A stretch of 63,482 bases of DNA, the filler included, from Craspedostauros australis (lineage: Eukaryota): the NCBI GenBank assembly GCA_030167865.1. It is 15 parts of 15 records of this genome, joined end to end, with 100 filler letters (N's around TTAATTAATTAA, not from the genome) between each part and the next. Parts side by side here need not be neighbours in the genome. Positions count along the whole stretch, not along the records: positions 50,158 to 58,775 come from JALAGF010000181.1; positions 58,876 to 60,543 come from JALAGF010000183.1; positions 60,644 to 61,894 come from JALAGF010000184.1; positions 61,995 to 63,482 come from JALAGF010000185.1; 11 more parts are not named here. One strand, written 5' to 3'. Of the stretch, positions 55,935-63,482 are shown one piece after another (position 1 is the first letter of the stretch; each line of letters begins with the position of its first letter). Both the position numbers and the translations under genes were made by a program. The notes under the pieces were generated by a model that had not been told where the DNA came from, ran no database searches, and saw only the letters and a program-made list of their open reading frames with translations.

Positions 55935-58540
55935 TGCGGGAGAGCCCCGGCCCCGGGGTTGGCGTTGCTGCGCTGGGCGTCGAGCTCCTTGCGTAGCTTG
56001 TCGATCTCCGCGCGCTGAATTTCGAGCCTGGCCTGGTTGAGGGACTCCTTTCTTTGTCGTTCCTGCTCTCGCGCCGCTGCTCTAGTGGCCTCCCTGCGTT
56101 TCTCGGAGTCTGTTGTCGCGATGGACGCTGCGTCGCCTGAGCCGGGAACTCCTGTCACTGCGGAGTTCATGGTCATGTGGGATCCCACCGTAGTTCCTGA
56201 ACCAAACAGGCTTCTGTAGTCGAGCGCTGCCGGTCGGTGATTCTCCACGGAGGCAAGGTCTGGTGGTAGATTGGTGATGACCACACTCGCCGGAAACTCC
56301 TCCTCAAGGAGGTGCTCGAGGTTGCTGTGGTCTGGCGCATTGTATTCTTTAGTCGTGCTGTCATACGTGACGTTGAGATTTGCATGCCACGCATCGACGC
56401 TGAACCACTTCTCTGTCTTGGTGCCCAGCTGAATGCGCGCAACGGCTGGCAGGAGGCTCATGATGGCAGAGGCTTGGGCCATGTTCTCCTCAAACACGTG
56501 GCCAATGAGCTGGTCGTCATGTGCACGTGCCATGTCAAGGCTTTGAAAGATCGGCCGTCCTTGATCATCCCGCATGCTCATTATATGGGACCGGAGCGTG
56601 ACGTGCTCCCGGTTGTCCCCATGAACTGGGTCGTCCAGCTTGGTGACCCCCGCCGTGTCCACGTACTTGAGACTCGACAGCACTGCCTGATGTTTTTGCA
56701 CCAGGTTTGTACGGTGCCGTCGCTTCTTCTCCGTCATCTGCTCGTACCTGGCTTCCGGAAGGAACCGGAGGCGGAGCCCTGCTGGCCGGTTGTCGTCTTC
56801 GTTGAGGAGCGCACACATTCGCTCCACCGCGATGGCTGCTTGCGAACTCTCCGTTTCGACCTTGATAGCACGCCAGGGCTGCATCGTCCAATGCTTGCCG
56901 CTGTTCTTGTAGGCTTCTCTTGTGCTGTCGCACACCATGACTATGTTTTTGAGCTTCCCGCCGACTCTGGTGTTCTTGTGGCGTCTGCGGAACTCGCGGT
57001 TGAGTAGCTCCATGGTGCCCTTGACATCGTTGAAGCCTCCAGAATATAGCAGGAACCCGATCTCCTTGGTACTCTCGACCTGTAGCATGCTGATGTACAG
57101 TCCTTCCTGGTGCTTGTAGTAGTACGGATTCATCTCCGCATCTCTTTCCGCAGTGATGTTGGTGGGGTGCATGTCTGTTGTGATTCTGACGTTGGTATAT
57201 GCCAGGCCACTGTCCATCGTGGATGCTCGAATGCCTTTGAAGAACACGCGGAGATCCTGTAGTTCCACTGGGATTTGACCCACGTGCTGGATGTACCGAC
57301 GCTCGTCGAGTGTATCTTTCCACGGCAGGATGATGGCCGATGGATCAACAATTCTGACCTGCCGGAACCATGCCACAATTCTGTCACGGAGTGCTTTGGT
57401 GGTGTCAGGCTCAGTTTGGTCAGCCTTGATCTTGAACATGAACCTGGTGGTGTGCTGGAGGCTGGGCAGCCCGATCAGGATTTGGCTTGTGTCGGATTCC
57501 GAGGACTGGTCGTCCATGGCAATTGTGGAGGCCACCTGGCTGAACGTGACGCCTGCGCGTCGTGCTGCCGTCTTCCGGCTGCCGCTTGGGGCAGGGGCTG
57601 TTGGTGCGTGCGCCGCTGGTTGCGGGGGTTGTTTGGAGCCTTCATCGTTCAGTTGCATTGGCACGTCACTGGTTGGCTCCGGCTGCGTTTCTGGCTCTTC
57701 GCCCGCTAGTGCCGCGAATCTGTTGGTGCTTGTGCCCAGCACTGATGTGCTGCGATTCGGAGATTTCGAGATCTTGGACCGTTTGGCCGGGTTGGGGCCG
57801 CCTGGGGATCCTTTGGATGCATCTTGGCCTGCCATGACTGGCAGCTTTGGCACGTTGTCTGGGTCCCGTTCTTCATCCTCACTGTCAGTAAGGCTTGTGA
57901 CGGAGAGATCTGGGGCCGTTCCCACGTCGTAGTTGGTGCCCAGCACCCTACGCGCTGCCTCCCAAGCTCTGGCTGGCCTGGATCTGGAGCTGACGCCCCC
58001 ACTTGGCTTGACCTGGAAGACTTTCCGTGGATCGGTGGACGCCATCCGCATGATCGCCATGCACACTCGCTTGCGCCTTGGGTCGTCGGACGGGAGACTC
58101 ATCGGGCCGTACTGCGTGTGTCGCCCATTGAGAACTCGCCGGAAAAACAGTTCCCAATCCTTGACTGAGGGGTTTGCGGCTGTTGCCTCCGTCTCGTCTT
58201 TGCCGTACCATTTGGCTCTGGCGCTCCACATCTGTCCTGCCATGTAGTCAATAGAATGGGCACCAGAGGCTGTCGCGAACGGCTCGATGTTGTCGCCGTA
58301 TTTCCTCAGCGTCGTTTTCCACGTGCTTGTTCTGGGCTTGTACTCGGTGGTGAACTCTTCGGGAGCCAGTTCAACCATTACTCCACCGTTTGCCTCCGCT
58401 CTTTTGGCTGTGACACTGGTGCGATGAGGTGGTTCCTGAGCATGGGGGATACTGTGTGGAGGCTGCTCCGTATCGCCGTTGTTGCGGCTGGAAGGTGGCC
58501 CTTTTTCGAGGTCCGCCATGGTCGGTTCGTTGCTTGACAT
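55928..58540 (-). CDS. ORF1 of the non-LTR element (870 aa)
   Basis: Long ORF immediately upstream of ORF2 on the same strand, overlapping it by 7 nt (ATGTTAG); C-terminal coiled coil. Confidence 0.85.
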   Translation of the reverse strand: MSSNEPTMADLEKGPPSSRNNGDTEQPPHSIPHAQEPPHRTSVTAKRAEANGGVMVELAPEEFTTEYKPRTSTWKTTLRKYGDNIEPFATASGAHSIDYMAGQMWSARAKWYGKDETEATAANPSVKDWELFFRRVLNGRHTQYGPMSLPSDDPRRKRVCMAIMRMASTDPRKVFQVKPSGGVSSRSRPARAWEAARRVLGTNYDVGTAPDLSVTSLTDSEDEERDPDNVPKLPVMAGQDASKGSPGGPNPAKRSKISKSPNRSTSVLGTSTNRFAALAGEEPETQPEPTSDVPMQLNDEGSKQPPQPAAHAPTAPAPSGSRKTAARRAGVTFSQVASTIAMDDQSSESDTSQILIGLPSLQHTTRFMFKIKADQTEPDTTKALRDRIVAWFRQVRIVDPSAIILPWKDTLDERRYIQHVGQIPVELQDLRVFFKGIRASTMDSGLAYTNVRITTDMHPTNITAERDAEMNPYYYKHQEGLYISMLQVESTKEIGFLLYSGGFNDVKGTMELLNREFRRRHKNTRVGGKLKNIVMVCDSTREAYKNSGKHWTMQPWRAIKVETESSQAAIAVERMCALLNEDDNRPAGLRLRFLPEARYEQMTEKKRRHRTNLVQKHQAVLSSLKYVDTAGVTKLDDPVHGDNREHVTLRSHIMSMRDDQGRPIFQSLDMARAHDDQLIGHVFEENMAQASAIMSLLPAVARIQLGTKTEKWFSVDAWHANLNVTYDSTTKEYNAPDHSNLEHLLEEEFPASVVITNLPPDLASVENHRPAALDYRSLFGSGTTVGSHMTMNSAVTGVPGSGDAASIATTDSEKRREATRAAAREQERQRKESLNQARLEIQRAEIDKLRKELDAQRSNANPGAGALPQC

Positions 58541-59329
58541 CGTGATGACTTTCGTGTTGTTTGCTGTCTTTTTGGTACTGATTTAGATTTTATTTGTGTG
58601 CTGTTCGAGTTGTCGGAGTTCCGAAACTATCACAAGGGAGGACCATGTGCCCATCCACATACATGAGGGTTGACTGGGAAAGAGGATGGTCCCGCCAGTG
58701 CCTGTGCCACTGCCGTCTCCAAAGCTGCTGACAAGGATGCCGGTGCGGGTTGCGCGGCCGCTTCGAGCGGTGTCGNNNNNNNNNNNNNNNNNNNNNNNNN
58801 NNNNNNNNNNNNNNNNNNNTTAATTAATTAANNNNNNNNNNNNNNNNNNNNNNNNNNNNNNNNNNNNNNNNNNNNGCATGCATCACCTCTGACGATGTTG
58901 TTCTGGATCCTAAATGTTGTTGCCACGTGCTCGATGATGCACTCGGCTAGGCTAGACAGATCAGCGTACCATGACTAAAACATAATCTCGATTCCGAGGA
59001 TCACAATGACCGATCTTCTGACGTCATTGATGATGTCAGTGCCTACGTCAGGTTCGATGACTGTAGTGACTGAATCTGAATCGTGTATCAAGACTCATCC
59101 GACTATACTCTCAAATCGAGTCGAATCAGAAAATATTGAATCACATTTCAGTCATGGGAGATGGGTACCTAATTTCGATCTAGATGTTGATAGATGCCAC
59201 GGATGACACGCGGCTTGGCACCGCACAACAATGCGCCAGAACACCACTCCAACTCAGATTCAAGCGGTGGAGGTGGTGAGTCAGCTGAGGAAATGGAGAA
59301 GACCCCAGCAACAGCGAGAGAGGGAATGA

Positions 59330-60200
59330 GACGTCCGAGCATGCATACACAGCTATGATGCTGGACCCCACCACATCCGAAGAATGCAGGGATCATGCGG
59401 ATCCAGCGAAGCGAAGTGAAAGAGATGGCAGGAGGCCATCAACAAGGAGTTCTACGAAATGATCAGACGAGGAGTCTGGCAGAAGATCAAGACGAGCAAG
59501 ATGCCGAGGGATCGGCAGTGAGTGAAGACGAAGTGGGTCTTCAAGGAGAAGAGATCTACATGCAGTGTCCCAAGAGAAAGGAACACGAACCGGATGAATG
59601 CCTGCCGCTGAAGAAGACCATCTACGGGTCAGTGCAGAGCGCGAAGCAATGAAACGAGGAGCTTGTGAACACATTGACCAAGCTTGGCTTCTGGCAGAGC
59701 AAGGCGGGTCCATGTCTGCTAATCCGGAATCGGGAAGGGAGCCTCGTCCTCATCAGGACGTACGCCGACGATCGCCTGTGCATCGGAAGCACATGCGAGC
59801 TGAAGCAATCGGTGAAGAACATCAAGGGAGAGCGATTCGGAATCAAGATCGAGAATGGTCTCGAGGACTACTTGAATTGCCGCATCGGATCCAATGAGAG
59901 CAAGACCAACTGCTGGGTGAACCAGCCATTCATCATTCAAGAGGAACAACAAAGCTACAGATATATGGAACACCTGGCATACGTGGCCAAGGGATCCGGA
60001 GGAACAACGAAGCACCCAAGGTCGATACGGATCGACACAGCAGATACCACAGTGGTGTGGGCATGCTGCTATACCTGGTGAAGCGTTCGAGACCAGACAT
60101 CGCGAATGCCATCCGAGAACTGACGAAGGTGTTGGATGGGCCAACGACCACAACATACGAGGAGATGCTAAGAGTGATGAAGCTCGTGTCGGACATGTTA
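59330..60200 (+). pseudogene. Degenerate copia reverse transcriptase remnant
   Basis: WQEAINKEF...VKTKWVFK, EEIYM, LKKTIYGSVQSAKQ, YADD, GMLLYLVKRSRPDIANAIRELTK; stops, frameshifts and internal deletions. Confidence 0.85.
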
Positions 60201-60861
60201 GAACGTAATCGTAGATGGGTGTGAAGGATACCGCACCGAGAACGTAGAGTGATCAAGTCGTTGTTGTTGATGAGGAGAGTGTTTGTTTACTGTATTATTC
60301 GTATGGTAGTAGGAATGCTGTCGAGCTCACAAGATTGTCTTCTTGGAACTGTGAGCATGAGAGAGGCATGACATGATCTCATGCAATTGCAAGTAGAATT
60401 AACACGGAGACAACACGACAAATGTGCGTGTTACTGCGTGAAGATGAGGTGCAAAAGGCCAATGAACAAAACACCGCGATAGCCCGTGTTGTGAATTACG
60501 TCTTCTCACGATGTTGCTAGTAGTACGATCACACGATTGATCGNNNNNNNNNNNNNNNNNNNNNNNNNNNNNNNNNNNNNNNNNNNNTTAATTAATTAAN
60601 NNNNNNNNNNNNNNNNNNNNNNNNNNNNNNNNNNNNNNNNNNNTTTCCTCGCCAATTCCATGCGTGCTCGCTCTTGTGTTCAATGTTAGTGCTCGTTCTG
60701 GTAGTGTGGTGGTAGTGTAGTAGTAGTTGTTGTTGTTGTTGTTGTTGTCAACGAATGGTCGACCTGTCATCCTGTGCTCTCCTTCCTCACTTCATCTCAG
60801 ACCAGTGCAGTTCATCACATCCAACCAGCCAACAACTATACTCTACAGCAACAACTTCACC

Positions 60862-61894
60862 ATGTCTACCTCTACCGCTGCCAAGGCCCACTCCAAGGAT
60901 GCTAACCCCTCCCCCAGTAAGAAACTGCGTTCTGCTCACCGTGTGCCTGCTCCTCCTGTCGATTCGAAGGGGTTCCTGTTGCCAACCGCCGATCAACTGT
61001 TGCCTGACAAGCCGTCCGCTACGTTGAGGAAGCCGAGCACCATCACGCAAGTGATCGATGTGAAGCCGATGCTCGCAGCAGATGGCAGCCTCGTCCCGAA
61101 CGGTACGCATGCGCACGCTCGCGAGCTACATGTGTACGTTCACATCCTCGACAACAATGGAGGCGCCTACGACAACTCCAACGTCAGGGTGCGATCCGAG
61201 GGACGAGGTGTTGGCAATGGGACTTCAGTGAGCGTTGTCGTGAACGCGCCACCCCCGCCTGCTGTGGCCGACGTTGCACCACCTGTCGAGCCTGCCCCAC
61301 CAGCGAGGCTTCCCCGGCGTTGCAACACTGTTGTTGCTGGTGGCTACGCGGATCCCTCCCATGACAGTGACAGCACCTACATGGACGACAAGGAGGAACA
61401 GATGCGCGCCGGCAGGGACAGGAGGGGCGGCAAGTTCGAGGGTGATACATCAGAGGAGGGGAGCTGGAGGCGTGATGCTGTGATCCGCGTGATGAAGGAG
61501 CTCACCGATGACATCGACATGGACGTGTTTAATTCCATGCCTCCCACGGGATTCATGCTTGGCGGCCAGCGTGACAGGCAAACATGGTGGGACGTGACAC
61601 GCGTATGGGTTACTGTGGTTACTGCACTCTGGGGTGTCTTGCTCCCTTGTGAGGCATTGCCAACTCGCCAGATGCAACAGGTGGTGGCGTTTGTCCGTGC
61701 TCGCGTGGACCTTCCACCAACTACACTCGGTCCGAATCTATACACCCTCTGTGTGAGGGGGGAAAAGACACTGGCTAACGCATCCAGGGCTGTGCTTGCT
61801 GCGTCTACGTCATTCACTAACAGCTCTGCAATCCTGTCTCATCACGTGGAGACTCTTCCAGAGGAACAACGTATTCATGTCAAGCCTGCACGCG
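60862..61894 (+). CDS. Repeated orphan ORF, copy 2 (truncated by linker)
   Basis: Paralog of 39926-40570; frame stays open for more than 340 codons. Confidence 0.55.
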
Positions 61895-61994
61895 NNNNNN
61901 NNNNNNNNNNNNNNNNNNNNNNNNNNNNNNNNNNNNNNTTAATTAATTAANNNNNNNNNNNNNNNNNNNNNNNNNNNNNNNNNNNNNNNNNNNN

Positions 61995-63482
61995 TGAACA
62001 TTTGTGCATCCGACACCCCACTCATCGATGAGAAGCCAAGCTCCCACAAGATCAGAGTTGGGAATGGAGAATGCGTCGTGGCCCAAAGCGAAGGATTCGT
62101 GGATATGGTTGATGCCGAGACTGGCAACCCAATCCGCATCCGTGTGGTCAAGGCACCGCAGTTCACCAAGAACCTCATCAGCATCAAGAAGTTGAAGCAA
62201 GGGGGATACAAGGTGGAGTTCGATGACGACGTCGCAATTGTCACTCACAAGGCATCAGACAAGACAGCCTTCAAGTGTACCACTGCCGAGGATGGCATGT
62301 ACTACCTCAACCCTGACTTGGACCAAGCACATTGTGCCCAGCTGATCACTACGGCACGAGCTCGATACCACCAGGNNNNNNNNNNNNNNNNNNNNNNNNN
62401 NNNNNNNNNGTCGAAGGAGGTTGATACCACCATGAACACTGAACATGATGTTCCCACCGATGCACCCAACATGGTACCACCCAGAGGTGTTCCCACCGAT
62501 GATCCATCGAGAAACCCCATCGCGGTACCACCGGCTGACGTTCCTACCAATGACCCACCGAACACACCAAACGACGTCACCCCAGTCCGATCCAAACACA
62601 TGGACATCAACGAAGCCCATGACAAGTTCGGACACATCGGCCGCCGTCTCCTTGAGAAGACTGCACAGCAGTGCAACATCAAGTTGACAGGAGAGTGGAA
62701 GGCATGCGTCGCATGTGGGTTGATGAAGGGCAAGCAGAAGAACGTGCCTAAGTCCACAGCGACTCGATCGGTTGTCAAAGGGGAGAGAATCTTCGTCGAT
62801 ACCACTGGACCTTTTTCACCAGGGATCGCAGGCAATCGGTATGCATACGTGATGGTCGATGACTGTACCCGATACAGCTGGGTATACTACAGCTCACACA
62901 AGACTGAGATGTCTTCGCATGTGGAGCAAGTCTCACTCGACATCCGACGTGTAGGAGGCCAATTGAAGTACATTCGTGCTGACAATGCCGGAGAGAACGT
63001 GGCGCCATTGGAGAAGTGGAGTCAACGCACCGGAGTCACACTTGAGCTGACAGCCCCGTCCACACCGCAGATGAATGGAGTCGTGGAGCGAAGCATTGCA
63101 CTGTTGACCGAGAAGGCCAGAACGCTGGTCACAGCTGCCAAGTTCACCACAGAGGCTCGGACAAAGCTCTGGACTGAGGCCTACACCGTGGCCAACATCC
63201 TCACGAACATCACCAGCACCAATGCCGACGACGTCTCATCCTTTCAGAAGTGGACTGGCAAGCCATCCAAGCTGGTACCTCACCTCGTCCAATTTGGCAG
63301 GATTGGCATGGTCGCGGATCGGGAACTGATCAAGGGCAAGTTTCGCCACAGAGCCAGGAAGATGGTGATGGTAGGGTATGCACCTCATCATACGGCTAAT
63401 ACCTACCGCTTCTTCAATCCGGCAACGAAGATGATCAAGCTATCTCGCGATGTACAATGGCTGGACTGGGAGCGAATCCATC
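61995..63482 (+). mobile_element. Copia pol fragment: protease end, pre-integrase region and integrase
   Basis: My own translation: IRVGNG...KNLISI; HDKFGH...CVAC; IFVDTTGP, IRADNAGE, PQMNGVVER; MVGY...YRFFNP...SRDVQW. Runs off the window. Confidence 0.9.

Larger units (their letters stand above)
50159..58775 (-). mobile_element. Near full-length non-LTR retrotransposon (Ambal-like), two ORFs
   Basis: ORF1 plus APE-RT-RNaseH-CCHC ORF2; short 3' UTR with AATAAA and a (CAA)n end; higher GC than the flanks. Confidence 0.9.

Noticed and set aside
11025..61994. Recurrent TTAATTAATTAA palindromes flanked by Ns, and gene neighbourhoods that span them
   Set aside because: These are artificial contig linkers, so cross-linker adjacency has no biological meaning. 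ORFs ending in ...LIN are artefacts.

Overview
Eukaryotic DNA, most likely diatom/stramenopile (GT-AG introns, a DUF6824-type protein, CoDi-type copia elements, an Ambal-like LINE). It is not one locus: 15 contigs are joined by 14 artificial 100-bp linkers (44 N + TTAATTAATTAA + 44 N), so adjacency across linkers means nothing. The first ~22 kb is gene-rich: a partial secreted protein, a DUF6824-type protein, a 1709-aa low-complexity protein, a 5-exon secreted gametolysin/M11 metalloprotease (its HELGHNFGLGH exon is missing from the ORF track) with a silaffin-like KxxK tail, a BTB protein and a STAND/AAA ATPase. The rest is mostly transposable elements: PIF/Harbinger-like fragments (one with several accessory ORFs), a frameshifted mariner-like transposase, several copia/CoDi pieces, and an apparently intact two-ORF APE-RT-RNaseH non-LTR element. 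It also holds a COG0523/CobW gene with an in-frame stop, an N-acetylglutamate synthase fragment and a duplicated orphan ORF. The best leads are the multi-ORF Harbinger-associated cassette, a CoDi primer-binding site matching the D-arm of initiator tRNA-Met, the intact Ambal-like element and the protease possibly targeted to the silica wall. All family assignments come from motif recognition by eye; no searches were run.
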